A DNA stretch of 64,000 bases from a virus (IMGVR_UViG_3300042868_009047), one strand, 5' to 3'; numbered from the stretch's first letter, positions 1 through 9,794 are shown. The notes: generated by a model not told the origin, from the sequence alone. Numbers and translations are program-made.

Positions 1-2
1 TC

Positions 3-1613
3 GTTAATAAATTATTCGATATAAGTAAATCTTGTAGACCTTTTATCGCTGAACAATTAAAATTAGATTTTATACCAGATAAAATATTCATTAATAAATT
101 ACTTAGTAGAAAAGAAAATTTTTTACATATTTACGGTTGTTTTGAAGAAGGTTGTGACCAATACTATACATTTTACATTTCAAAAGAGTGTGTAAAAGTT
201 AGTCGCCCTGAACCAGAAATTGACCCAACAAAGTATGAAAGGGATCCAAAACCACATCAAATAACAGCAATTAAAAAATTATTGACAAACGATAAATTTA
301 TATTGGCTGATGAAATGGGTCTTGGTAAAACTACATCCGCTATCATTGCGGCCATAGAAGGTCAATTTAAAAAAATATTGATTGTTTGTCCAGCATCACT
401 TAAACTTAACTGGAAAATTGAAATTTCAAACTATGATTCCCCAGATAATATTAGCGTTGTTGACGGAAGTAACCTTACTGTAAAGAAATGGACAATCGTA
501 AACTACGATATTCTTAAGAATTTTCACCATTTACCTAGACGTGGTGTTAAGACAGCTGATTTACCCGTGTCACCAATTGATTACCATAAGTTTGATTTGG
601 TAATTGCGGATGAAGCTCACTACCTTAAAAACGCTGCGTCAAACAGAACTAAGATCTTTAATGATTTTGCAATGAAAATACCAGTAAGGTGGTTATTGAC
701 AGGTACACCAATCACAAATAAACCGATTGATTTCTATAATCTTTTGTATTTGTGTGATTCACCTGTTGCTTCTAACTGGGTTGGCTATGTTAAAAGATAT
801 TGCGCTGGTAGACAATTCAACCGTAAAGGTACCAAACAAAAGTATTGGGTTTGTTCAGGATCTTCAAATCTTGAGGAATTAAAAGATTTCTCTGCTGATG
901 TTATCTTAAGGAGAACTAAGAGTGATTCTATTGATTTACCACAAAAGACTATTAAACCTGTATATCTACCATTGGAATTCTCAACCAGTTACAACGCTTA
1001 TATTGATGAATATGAAGCTTGGATTGAGGAAATGGAAGCGGCTGGTGAAAAACCAACAATTACAGATCACTTAACAAAACTTATTAAAGTTAGACAATTA
1101 TTATCCTACGATAAAATAGCCCACACAATTGAAATGGCTGAAGAAATGCTTGAGAATGATCAAAAGGTAATTATCTTTAGTTGTTTTACAAACACAATTA
1201 AAGAATTGCAAGCTCATTTTGGTAAAAAGTCAGTAACGATTGACGGGTCTGTTTCAAAAGAAAAAAGACAACAAGCTGTCGAAGCATTCCAAAATGATAA
1301 CAACATCAAAGTTTTTTTAGGTAATATTGTTGCGGCTGGCGTTGGTTTAACACTTACTGAAAGTAGCGTTGTAATATTCAATGATCTGGATTGGACACCA
1401 GCTAACCATATGCAAGCTGAGGATAGGGCTCATAGAATTGGTCAACAAAATCAAGTCCATATTATATACCCATTGTTTGCGGACACTTTAGACATGATCA
1501 TGTATAAAGCACTTCAAAGTAAAATGAAAATTATTAGCACGATTATGGGTGATAACCCATCAGAAGAACAAATTTCTGTTGGTAAAGAAGTTATTATGCA
1601 CCTTAGACGTTAA
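3..1613 (+). CDS. SNF2/SWI2-family (SMARCAL1/HARP-like) helicase, 5'-truncated by window edge
   Basis: Frame is open from nt 3, so the TTG at 282 is internal. Motifs: PKPHQ (Q motif), LADEMGLGKT (Walker A), IADEAH (Walker B), LTGTP, AAGVGLTL, WTPANHMQAEDRAHRIGQ. Confidence 0.92.
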   Translation, partial: VNKLFDISKSCRPFIAEQLKLDFIPDKIFINKLLSRKENFLHIYGCFEEGCDQYYTFYISKECVKVSRPEPEIDPTKYERDPKPHQITAIKKLLTNDKFILADEMGLGKTTSAIIAAIEGQFKKILIVCPASLKLNWKIEISNYDSPDNISVVDGSNLTVKKWTIVNYDILKNFHHLPRRGVKTADLPVSPIDYHKFDLVIADEAHYLKNAASNRTKIFNDFAMKIPVRWLLTGTPITNKPIDFYNLLYLCDSPVASNWVGYVKRYCAGRQFNRKGTKQKYWVCSGSSNLEELKDFSADVILRRTKSDSIDLPQKTIKPVYLPLEFSTSYNAYIDEYEAWIEEMEAAGEKPTITDHLTKLIKVRQLLSYDKIAHTIEMAEEMLENDQKVIIFSCFTNTIKELQAHFGKKSVTIDGSVSKEKRQQAVEAFQNDNNIKVFLGNIVAAGVGLTLTESSVVIFNDLDWTPANHMQAEDRAHRIGQQNQVHIIYPLFADTLDMIMYKALQSKMKIISTIMGDNPSEEQISVGKEVIMHLRR

Positions 1614-2785
1614 TGTTGTAGTAAATAACTACCTTTAACATCTTTTCTTTGAGCTGCAATATCACTGTCACCAGTTGGCAATACAATAACATTGTATTTA
1701 AATGCTTCACCTTGTGTTGTTGGTAACTCATCCGTATAAACAATTGATTCGTATGGTATGTTATATTTAATACTAACACGATTTTTTAATGTTTCTTTAG
1801 CTTCATCATCAATAAAGGTTGCTTTTTCTTTTTCATCCTTAACATAGTGAGGACCTTTTTTAACAAAAATATCTTTAAATAACTCTTTTGGTACTATCTT
1901 AGAAATTTTAACTGTATCTGTATCAACTTTAGCTGTTTCTTTTTTATTCGCATCATCAGAAAAATTCATAACAAAATTTGGATCCGCTATGTTTGCAATA
2001 TCACCCATCTTTGTATATGCATAAGATTCAATATTATAGCCATCTTTAAGTAACTGGTTTGTAACACTAATTGCTATATCATAATATTTTTTAGCAAAAA
2101 AATCACCAGCATCATTCCATCTAATAATTAATTTAATGTCAATACCTTCTTTTTTTGATTGTCTTTTTATACTATAAGCTAAAGGATCTAACTCATCCAT
2201 TATAATGTTTTCATACATTTCAGGATCATTTAATAATAGATTAACTCTTTGTGTATATTTTAAATTTTTACCATCACTCATAATATAACGACCTTTTCTA
2301 GCGTAACATCCAACCGCACATGAGCCAGCCCCAGGACAAGTATTTATGGTATAAAATTTACCTTGCTCTTTATCATAAAGAATACTTCTTAACGCTGGTA
2401 TACCCGTATTAACAGTATATTGCCCACCACCCCTGTCACCTTTTTCCATTTTAGGGTTTCTATCAAATATCAATTTAGGTAAAGCCGTAATTTGTCTAAT
2501 AAAATGGTTAATATCAATTTCACCCTCTTTATCCATTGGTATATTATTACGACTAATTATAGGTGTATTAGCGTCAATTTTCTCCCTATTTTTTTCTGGT
2601 GAATTTAATCTATCTATTTGTGAGTTTAGCATACCAATAACAGATTCTGGGGACAAGCAAGTTTTTTTAACATCACTAAAATCATTTTCCCAATCAACCT
2701 CAGATATATTTGTGGACTCATTTAAACGAAAACCGATTAATTCTTTTGTTCTGAGTATTGCGTTATTAAATTTGTTATTAGTCAT
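1610..2785 (-). CDS. GP88-like protein with Cys cluster (putative Fe-S enzyme)
   Basis: TCPGAGSCAVGCYARKGRY, IRWNDAGDFF and YAYTK resemble the phage gene product 88 family. Start moved to the ATG at 2785 (MTNNKF...), because the longer call overlaps the divergent promoter region. Confidence 0.65.
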   Translation of the reverse strand: MTNNKFNNAILRTKELIGFRLNESTNISEVDWENDFSDVKKTCLSPESVIGMLNSQIDRLNSPEKNREKIDANTPIISRNNIPMDKEGEIDINHFIRQITALPKLIFDRNPKMEKGDRGGGQYTVNTGIPALRSILYDKEQGKFYTINTCPGAGSCAVGCYARKGRYIMSDGKNLKYTQRVNLLLNDPEMYENIIMDELDPLAYSIKRQSKKEGIDIKLIIRWNDAGDFFAKKYYDIAISVTNQLLKDGYNIESYAYTKMGDIANIADPNFVMNFSDDANKKETAKVDTDTVKISKIVPKELFKDIFVKKGPHYVKDEKEKATFIDDEAKETLKNRVSIKYNIPYESIVYTDELPTTQGEAFKYNVIVLPTGDSDIAAQRKDVKGSYLLQH

Positions 2786-2805
2786 AATATTCCCGTATTT
2801 AAAAG

Positions 2806-2820
2806 TATTTATAATAAATA
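2806..2820. promoter_or_regulatory. Back-to-back TATTTAT motifs (putative divergent late promoters)
   Basis: TATTTAT-A-ATAAATA palindrome between the divergent ATGs at 2785 (-) and 2829 (+). Confidence 0.5.
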
Positions 2821-2828
2821 TTAGGCAA

Positions 2829-3920
2829 ATGAGAATAAATCCAATCGAAAAGCAAAAAATATACAAACAAGCTAAACACAGACTTGGTGCCCCTATTAGA
2901 AAGATTCAATTAGAGGATGAGCAAATGGACTCTCTTCTTGAAATCGCAACAGAAGATTATGTTGAGTTTATTAACAACTGGTTAATTGAACACCAATGGC
3001 CAAGTTTGATTGGTTTAAGTGTTAGTGAGGCTGACCTAACAAGGGCTTTTATTTATAGAAGCTTTGATTTGGTTACTCAATATACCTATTCTTACTCAAA
3101 AATCGTTGGTTTAGGTGCTGGTGAAGGTGGTTATGTACTTAAAAAAGACTATGTTGAATTATCTAAAGGACAACAAATATATGAAATTCCAGCGAATAGG
3201 GAAATAAATGAGGTGTTATGGTTTACCCCAGCTTCTTTAGATCAATCTGTAATTGACCCATTCTTAGGTGTTTGGAATAATCAATTTGGTGCCGAATACA
3301 TGGGTTTAGGTAGTTATTATATTCTACCAGCCTTTGATATCTTAATGAGAACAACGGATAGAAACCTTAAAAATAGAATGATTCGCTCTGAGTTAATATA
3401 TAAGATTACGAATGCACCTGATGGTAAAAAATATCTTCATTTAATGAATACCCCAGGTGGTAAGTTTGATTTTAGGGGTTCAATGCTTGACCAGGGTAAA
3501 TGTTGGTATTGGTATTACGATATTAACCCATTAATTAAAGACGATTGTTTAGCAAAAAACAAAGATATTATTAAATCACCTTCTGATGTTCCGTTGGATA
3601 ATATTTCATTTGATGATTTAAATGATCCAGCTAAAGTTTGGATCAGAAGATATTTTATTGCATTATGTAAAGAAACTTTAGGTAGGGTAAGAGGTACATT
3701 TGGTGGTAAAATACCAGTTCCAGATGCAAATATGGAAATTGAATACCAATCGCTTTTATCAGAAGGTAAAGATGAGATGGTTACACTTAAAAAAGAATTA
3801 GAGGATAGAATGTTTAAATTAAATCCAATAGAAATTCTTAAGAGAATGTCTTCTGAGGCTGAAGAAATTAATAAAGCCCTTAAATTTAGAGCATTCCAAA
3901 AACCAATTAAGATTATATAA
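2829..3920 (+). CDS. Neck/head-completion protein (T4 gp13-like)
   Basis: N-terminus HRLGAPIRKIQLEDEQMDSLL and C-terminal ALCKETLGRVRG match the gp13 pattern. Start moved to ATG 2829. Confidence 0.7.
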   Translation: MRINPIEKQKIYKQAKHRLGAPIRKIQLEDEQMDSLLEIATEDYVEFINNWLIEHQWPSLIGLSVSEADLTRAFIYRSFDLVTQYTYSYSKIVGLGAGEGGYVLKKDYVELSKGQQIYEIPANREINEVLWFTPASLDQSVIDPFLGVWNNQFGAEYMGLGSYYILPAFDILMRTTDRNLKNRMIRSELIYKITNAPDGKKYLHLMNTPGGKFDFRGSMLDQGKCWYWYYDINPLIKDDCLAKNKDIIKSPSDVPLDNISFDDLNDPAKVWIRRYFIALCKETLGRVRGTFGGKIPVPDANMEIEYQSLLSEGKDEMVTLKKELEDRMFKLNPIEILKRMSSEAEEINKALKFRAFQKPIKII

Positions 3921-5620
3921 TGTTTTATACAGCCCTAGATAATAGTGATTATTTTGATTTAGTTGTCACAAAAGATTGTCGTGATTTTTATCGTAATTAT
4001 AGTGAATGTAATTTAATAAACATTAATATTACTGAAGATCTATGTTCAACCCCTGGGAGTGTTCAAACAGAAGAAGTTGAATTAAAGAATATAACCCTTA
4101 CTGGTTATGATAACTTTTTTATACATAATGGTGAAATATCTAACATTAATAATTTCACTGGTGATACAATAGGGTATACGGTTAATCAAGATATTGTTAT
4201 TGATGTCGATAAAAATTTAACATATGTGGTCGAGACTGGGGATACATTCTGTTTTCATGAAATATCAGGTTATAGTGGTAATTATTGTTATGAGATCGAT
4301 CATTTAAACCTTGATAACGGTGTTTACTACAACAAATTAAACGGTGGTTTTTACCAAGGCTTTTATAAAATATTTGGTGAGAACGTTGAATGGTATCCAG
4401 CCAGAGCAAAAATGGGTTGGACCGTTGACATGGTTGTTCATTTTCCTATGGACGTAACAGGTTCAACTGGAACTAGTGGTACTTCAGGAACATCTGGTTC
4501 TTCTGGATCTAACGGTACTAATGGAACTATTGGTACTTCAGGAACATCTGGTTCTTCTGGGTCTAACGGTTCTTCAGGATCTAACGGTACTAATGGCACT
4601 TCAGGAACATCTGGTTCTTCTGGATCATCAGGGAGTTGTGTAACTTTGAACGAGGTTTACCCAAATAATAGTGGTTTTATTTTTTATTTAGGAACAAGAG
4701 CTGAAAATAAATTTGCTGATAAGACTGACATTGAGATACAAAAATTTGAAAATAACTATGAAATCTTACCGTTAAACACAACAAACTTATTCACCTATAA
4801 TAATTTAATAAGTTTAGATGGTTTAACCAATTACATTGGTTATTTTAACTATTATAATGGTTTAATGTATACTGGTAGAAATTACACAACAGATTCTCAA
4901 CCTTTACAATATCATCAGGAATATAGCGATTTAACTTATAATGCATTTGGTATAAGAGTTACCAATGATGGTAGAATTGGTTATAGAACAATATACCCAA
5001 CTGACATATGTTACACTGGGGCGACACAAGAAGTAAGCGGTATAACAAACAACTCATTTATAATGGAACCCGATGATCCTTGTGTTAGTCATACAAAAGC
5101 TCTTATTATTACAAAATACTTTACCATTGAAGAATGTTATACAAAAAAACCAGTTATCAATGTTAATGAAAAAAAGTTTTTAAATATAACTGGAGTGTTT
5201 GAAAGGGATTTTGGATATGGTGATAATTGCCAGTTAAAATACGGTGACTATAAAAAAGGAACCTTCTCAATTTACCTAAACGGATTTCTAGTTTTTAGAA
5301 ATAAAAAATTTGTTGAGGTTATACCACATGAATTAGATACCGATGCGAAATACCAAGAAGGTGTACCGTTTAATATTTCATTTGGTGGTGGTACCCAAAG
5401 TTTAATTGATGCTGTTGTGTTTGATAAGACAAAAGTACTTGGTACCGTTTTAGAAAGATTTTTTGCTGGAACATTTTTAGGTGGTGTTAAATCATTTAAA
5501 ATGTATTGTGTACCTTTGTATACTGTTGAAGTTAAAAAAGAACTTAGAAGTATTGCAGGTATATATAACTTACCAATAATAAACGGTGGAAGACAAATAT
5601 TTATAAAAAACCTATTCTAA
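3920..5620 (+). CDS. Putative virion structural protein (LamG/concanavalin-like C-terminus) with internal Gly-X-Y insert
   Basis: C-terminal FAGTFLGGVKSFKMYCVPLYTVEV resembles the end of LamG-like domains. Coupled to the neck gene by a TAATG overlap. Confidence 0.45.
   Translation: MFYTALDNSDYFDLVVTKDCRDFYRNYSECNLININITEDLCSTPGSVQTEEVELKNITLTGYDNFFIHNGEISNINNFTGDTIGYTVNQDIVIDVDKNLTYVVETGDTFCFHEISGYSGNYCYEIDHLNLDNGVYYNKLNGGFYQGFYKIFGENVEWYPARAKMGWTVDMVVHFPMDVTGSTGTSGTSGTSGSSGSNGTNGTIGTSGTSGSSGSNGSSGSNGTNGTSGTSGSSGSSGSCVTLNEVYPNNSGFIFYLGTRAENKFADKTDIEIQKFENNYEILPLNTTNLFTYNNLISLDGLTNYIGYFNYYNGLMYTGRNYTTDSQPLQYHQEYSDLTYNAFGIRVTNDGRIGYRTIYPTDICYTGATQEVSGITNNSFIMEPDDPCVSHTKALIITKYFTIEECYTKKPVINVNEKKFLNITGVFERDFGYGDNCQLKYGDYKKGTFSIYLNGFLVFRNKKFVEVIPHELDTDAKYQEGVPFNISFGGGTQSLIDAVVFDKTKVLGTVLERFFAGTFLGGVKSFKMYCVPLYTVEVKKELRSIAGIYNLPIINGGRQIFIKNLF
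4460..4636 (+). repeat. In-frame (Gly-X-Y)~19 Ser/Thr/Asn repeat
   Basis: Translates as GST GTS GTS GTS GSS GSN GTN GTI GTS GTS GSS GSN GSS GSN GTN GTS GTS GSS GSS GS. Confidence 0.95.
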
Positions 5621-6021
5621 TGATATTCAGTATAAGACAAAACGCGACATTACCTATTTTGAAAATGAAAGTTTTCAGAGATGGCCGCAACGATTTTAGA
5701 CGTTTCGAAGAGTTAATCGAAAATTGTGTGGTAACATTTGCCATGAAAGATGAAAAAACTGGTATATACAAAGTTGCAAATAAAGCGGCAAATGTTGTAC
5801 TTGAAAATCCTTGTGACGAAAATGGTTACAAAAACTATATCATAACATACCAATTTACAAAAGACGATACCGACAAACCTGGGGTGTTTCTTGGTGAATT
5901 TAAATTAACCTTGTTTGATCTAGCCGACCCAACTGAAGTTTATGGTGAGTTAATAGCACCAATTCAAGAGGAATTATACATACACATCCTCGATTCATTC
6001 GTAAAAACAGATATTATTTAA
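5620..6021 (+). CDS. BppU N-terminal-like structural protein
   Basis: FSIRQNATLPIL...ITYQFTKDDTDKPGVFLGEF pattern typical of BppU_N-like domains. Confidence 0.55.
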   Translation: MIFSIRQNATLPILKMKVFRDGRNDFRRFEELIENCVVTFAMKDEKTGIYKVANKAANVVLENPCDENGYKNYIITYQFTKDDTDKPGVFLGEFKLTLFDLADPTEVYGELIAPIQEELYIHILDSFVKTDII

Positions 6022-6027
6022 CCTTTT

Positions 6028-6058
6028 TTTGTTTTTTTAAGTTTTATACTTATATTTG
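6028..6058 (+). promoter_or_regulatory. Bacteroidota-type primary sigma promoter upstream of DNA polymerase
   Basis: TTTG (6028-6031), 19 nt, TATATTTG (6051-6058); matches the -33/-7 consensus TTTG...TAnnTTTG. Confidence 0.75.
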
Positions 6059-6075
6059 TGCCAAAATAACGAATT

Positions 6076-9000
6076 ATGGCCGAATACAAAATTTCCCTTG
6101 AAGAAATAGAAAAATTTTTAAATGGACACAATGATGAGAAATACATTGTGAATGTTGAGTACGATGCCGAAACTAATCTAATCCATAAGGTTAAACAAGA
6201 TCCTGAAAGAGGTAACTATGTCGAAACAGAACCGTTACTCGCTTTCATGTGGATTAAAAATCTTAATAAGATTAAGGAATTAACCAATTTTTATGGTAAT
6301 AGCGATTCAAAGATTAAATCTGCTAGACAAAGATTTGGTATTGAAATTAAATCTTTAGGTGGTGATCACCCAAAACTACTTGAGGGTTATAGATACTTGG
6401 TCACTTGTAATCAAGGTAATAAAAGAATGTTAGATTTCTTCAGAGAAGGTGGCATCTATGTCTATGACACAAGAAACGATATTAGATCACACTTTTTAAT
6501 GATATCACCTGTTGAACAATACTTTATACACACTGGTAAACGTTTGTTTAAAGGGTATGAAGAATATGATGATATTCATAAATTTATATTTGACTTAGAG
6601 ACAACAGGTTTAGATCCACATATCAATAGGATATTTTTGATTGGTGTCTATACTAATAAAGGTGTTAAAGAAATTATACCAGTTGAGGATGATGATGAAT
6701 CTGAAAGACAAGCAATTACAAAATTCTTCGAGGTTATTAATGACATTAAACCAACAATTATTGCTGGTTATAATAGCGCTAACTTTGACTGGGATTTCTT
6801 TTTTGTTCGTTGTCAAAAACTTGGATTAAATATTCAAGATATAGCTATAACACTTAAACCAGGTGAGCTTATCCAAAGAAAAGAAAAAAGCGTACTTAAA
6901 CTTGGTAATGAGGTGGAAGAATATACACAAACTAATATGTTTGGTTATAGTGTTATTGACATTATCCACTCAGCTAGGCGTGCACAAGCAATTGATTCAA
7001 GTATGAAGTCAGTTGGTTTAAAGTATGTTTGTAAGTATAACAAGATTGCCAAAAAGAATCGTGTTTACATTGTTGGTGATAAAATTGGTAATACATGGTA
7101 CTCAAAGGATAAATTCTATTTTGACGATAGAACTGGTTCGTACACTAAAACAAAACCAGCTTTAGAGTTTATGGATTACATTCGTAGAGAAGACATCCAA
7201 GCTAATCCAGATAAAATATTTGTTTTTGGTGATAACATGACGAGGCAAGGACTTGGTGGTCAAGCAAAAGAAATGCGTGGTGAACCAAATGTTATCGGTG
7301 TTGTAACAAAACATTCACCAGAATCAACACCTGAATCTTATTTTAATGACAAAGATTTTGATTCCATTAAAAAATATATTGATACTGATATTAATCAGAT
7401 AATTGAAAAGATTAAAGAAGGTAAAACTATTGTGTTCCCTAAAATGGGTATTGGTACAGGTTTGGCTCAGTTAGATATGAGAGCACCAAAAACTTTTAAA
7501 TATCTAATAGATTTATTACGTGCATTACGTGATTATATTAACACCTTCCAAGAAGTTGACGGTAAATATATTGTTGAGCGTTACTTGGTTGATGATTTAT
7601 GGGAAACCATGGAAGTTGATGCCGTTTATAATCAATCATCATTCTTGTTGGCTAAATTGGTACCGACAACGTACCAAAGGGTATCGACCATGGGTACAGC
7701 TGGGTTATGGAAGTTATTGATGATGACATATTCATTTGAAAATGATTTAGCGATACCTGTATCAGATGTTAAAAGAGATTACACGGGTGGTTTATCAAGG
7801 TTATTTAAAGTTGGATACTCAACCACTTTAAGAAAGATGGACTACAATTCACTATACCCAGCTATTCAATTGGCTCATGATGTATTTCCGAGTGTTGATG
7901 TTAACGGTGCAATGAAATCGATGTTAAAGTATTTCCACACTGAACGTTTTAACGCTAAGAAATTATCTGACAAGTACAAAAAAGAGGGTAATTACCAATT
8001 AGCTGACAAATATAAACGTAAACAGTTACCACTTAAGATCTTTATTAACTCGATGTTCGGTGCCCTTGGAGCACCAATGGCTTTCCAATGGGCTGAAATT
8101 GATGTCAGTGAACGTATTACATGTACGGCAAGACAATACCTTAGACTGATGGTTACATTTTTTGTTAAACGTGGTTACACACCTTTGGTACTTGATACGG
8201 ATGGTGTGAACTTTATGGCCCCTAAAAACGGTGAGCACTATACATATATTGGTAAAGGATTAAACGATGAAGTTGAAGCTGGTAAAGAATATACAGGTGT
8301 TAAAGCTATAGTCGCTGAATTTAACGATACGTACATGCGTGGTGAGATGGGCCTTGGTTTGGATGGTATTTGGCCAGCAACCATAAACCTATCAAGAAAA
8401 AACTACGCTTTATTAGAAGATGATGGATCAATTAGTTTAACTGGTAATAGTATCAAGTCAAAAGCTATGCCTGTTTATATTGAGGAGTTTTTAGCTAAAG
8501 GCATGAAAATGTTATTAAACGGCCATGGTTATGATTTTGTTCAATATTACTATGAATACGCTGAAAAGGTTTATAATAAAGAGATACCGTTAGCAAAAAT
8601 TGCCACAAAATCTAGAGTTAAGAAATCAATAAACGCTTACATAAATCGTGGTGGTGATAAAAATGGCAGACAATTGGCTAAACAAGCTCACATGGAGTTA
8701 GCGATTAAACATGATATTGATGTTAATCTTGGTGATACAATTTATTACGTTAATAACGGTAAAACAAAATCGCATGGTGATGCTCAAGAAGATAAACACG
8801 GTGAAATGTACGCAACATTAGTACCAAATGATATTATTGAGAACCAACCAGATTATATTGGTGAATATAACGTACCAAAATATTTGGAAGCCTTAAATAA
8901 AAAGGTTGAACCGCTATTAGTTGCTTTCTCTCTTGATGTTAGAGATAAAATTTTAATTAAAAAATCTGGTGAAAGAACAATGTTCTTAAGATCTGAATTA

Positions 9001-9177
9001 GATTTAGTAAATAACCAGCCAACCGATATTGAAGACCAAGACACCTTGGAAGAATTTTTCACACCATCCCCAATGGAAAAAGAATTCTGGGCTAAAATGA
9101 AATATGAATCTGATTATTGGTTTTCAGATGAAATAAGATTTAAAATACCTGGTCTAGATGAAGAATTTACGGTTTAG
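6076..9177 (+). CDS. polB: DNA polymerase family B with inserted ~128-aa domain
   Basis: ExoI FDLETTG, ExoII YNSANFD, ExoIII YLVDD; polymerase motifs DYNSLYP, KIFINSMFG, LDTDG. Confidence 0.95.
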   Translation: MAEYKISLEEIEKFLNGHNDEKYIVNVEYDAETNLIHKVKQDPERGNYVETEPLLAFMWIKNLNKIKELTNFYGNSDSKIKSARQRFGIEIKSLGGDHPKLLEGYRYLVTCNQGNKRMLDFFREGGIYVYDTRNDIRSHFLMISPVEQYFIHTGKRLFKGYEEYDDIHKFIFDLETTGLDPHINRIFLIGVYTNKGVKEIIPVEDDDESERQAITKFFEVINDIKPTIIAGYNSANFDWDFFFVRCQKLGLNIQDIAITLKPGELIQRKEKSVLKLGNEVEEYTQTNMFGYSVIDIIHSARRAQAIDSSMKSVGLKYVCKYNKIAKKNRVYIVGDKIGNTWYSKDKFYFDDRTGSYTKTKPALEFMDYIRREDIQANPDKIFVFGDNMTRQGLGGQAKEMRGEPNVIGVVTKHSPESTPESYFNDKDFDSIKKYIDTDINQIIEKIKEGKTIVFPKMGIGTGLAQLDMRAPKTFKYLIDLLRALRDYINTFQEVDGKYIVERYLVDDLWETMEVDAVYNQSSFLLAKLVPTTYQRVSTMGTAGLWKLLMMTYSFENDLAIPVSDVKRDYTGGLSRLFKVGYSTTLRKMDYNSLYPAIQLAHDVFPSVDVNGAMKSMLKYFHTERFNAKKLSDKYKKEGNYQLADKYKRKQLPLKIFINSMFGALGAPMAFQWAEIDVSERITCTARQYLRLMVTFFVKRGYTPLVLDTDGVNFMAPKNGEHYTYIGKGLNDEVEAGKEYTGVKAIVAEFNDTYMRGEMGLGLDGIWPATINLSRKNYALLEDDGSISLTGNSIKSKAMPVYIEEFLAKGMKMLLNGHGYDFVQYYYEYAEKVYNKEIPLAKIATKSRVKKSINAYINRGGDKNGRQLAKQAHMELAIKHDIDVNLGDTIYYVNNGKTKSHGDAQEDKHGEMYATLVPNDIIENQPDYIGEYNVPKYLEALNKKVEPLLVAFSLDVRDKILIKKSGERTMFLRSELDLVNNQPTDIEDQDTLEEFFTPSPMEKEFWAKMKYESDYWFSDEIRFKIPGLDEEFTV

Positions 9178-9201
9178 TTGAAATATTACTCAAATCACCG
9201 A

Positions 9202-9208
9202 TATTTAT
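9202..9208 (+). promoter_or_regulatory. TATTTAT putative late promoter, inside inverted repeat 9198-9221
   Basis: CCGATATTT-atagta-AAATATCGG; ATG at 9222. Confidence 0.45.
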
Positions 9209-9221
9209 AGTAAAATATCGG

Positions 9222-9794
9222 ATGAACACTAATAAAGATATAAACGAATTTATTGATGCAGATGGTGATATAATTAGTGGTGATAAAAAATACATTAATT
9301 ACGTTAACACCACTCATGATACAACTGATGCTACTATTTTAAAAACTAGACAACCGTTTGTTTTTCAAAACTATAGAAGATATTACGGTGAATCTGTATT
9401 ACCTTTTAATAACGAAGCAGATTATTGTAAAAGCAACCCTAAGAAATTCTATGAATTTTTGGGTAAAAAAGGTATGGAACATACTTTTGAGGATTATTTT
9501 ACTGAAGTAAAACAAAGAAAAGATGTTAAACCTGTCATTGACCCCAAAGATAAATTAAAAGAAATTGCCAAAGAAAAAGCGTTTAAAATGCTTGAGGATC
9601 TTATTTCAAAAAGAACGGACAATGATTACCTTATTTCAAAGAATATGCCAACGAGTATAGAGGAAGTTAAAGATAAAGAAAAATTGCTTTTTGATAAATT
9701 TGACAAAATTCTTGAATTTTTTAAGAACAACTTAAATGAAGGTGAGAAAAAATTATTAATGTCTTATTTTGAAGACTCATTAAAAAATGGATAA
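9222..9794 (+). CDS. Hypothetical phage protein
   Basis: 190-aa ORF overlapping the next gene; no recognised motif. Confidence 0.7.
   Translation: MNTNKDINEFIDADGDIISGDKKYINYVNTTHDTTDATILKTRQPFVFQNYRRYYGESVLPFNNEADYCKSNPKKFYEFLGKKGMEHTFEDYFTEVKQRKDVKPVIDPKDKLKEIAKEKAFKMLEDLISKRTDNDYLISKNMPTSIEEVKDKEKLLFDKFDKILEFFKNNLNEGEKKLLMSYFEDSLKNG

Noticed and set aside
2712-2866. Longer overlapping starts for the two divergent genes, and the 12231 start of the first GT
   Set aside because: The extensions are AT-rich promoter sequence read as hydrophobic junk; downstream ATGs (2785, 2829, 12294) give non-overlapping genes.
7159-7542. Intein in the DNA polymerase
   Set aside because: No N-terminal Cys/Ser splice block, no C-terminal His-Asn followed by Cys/Ser/Thr, and no LAGLIDADG motif.
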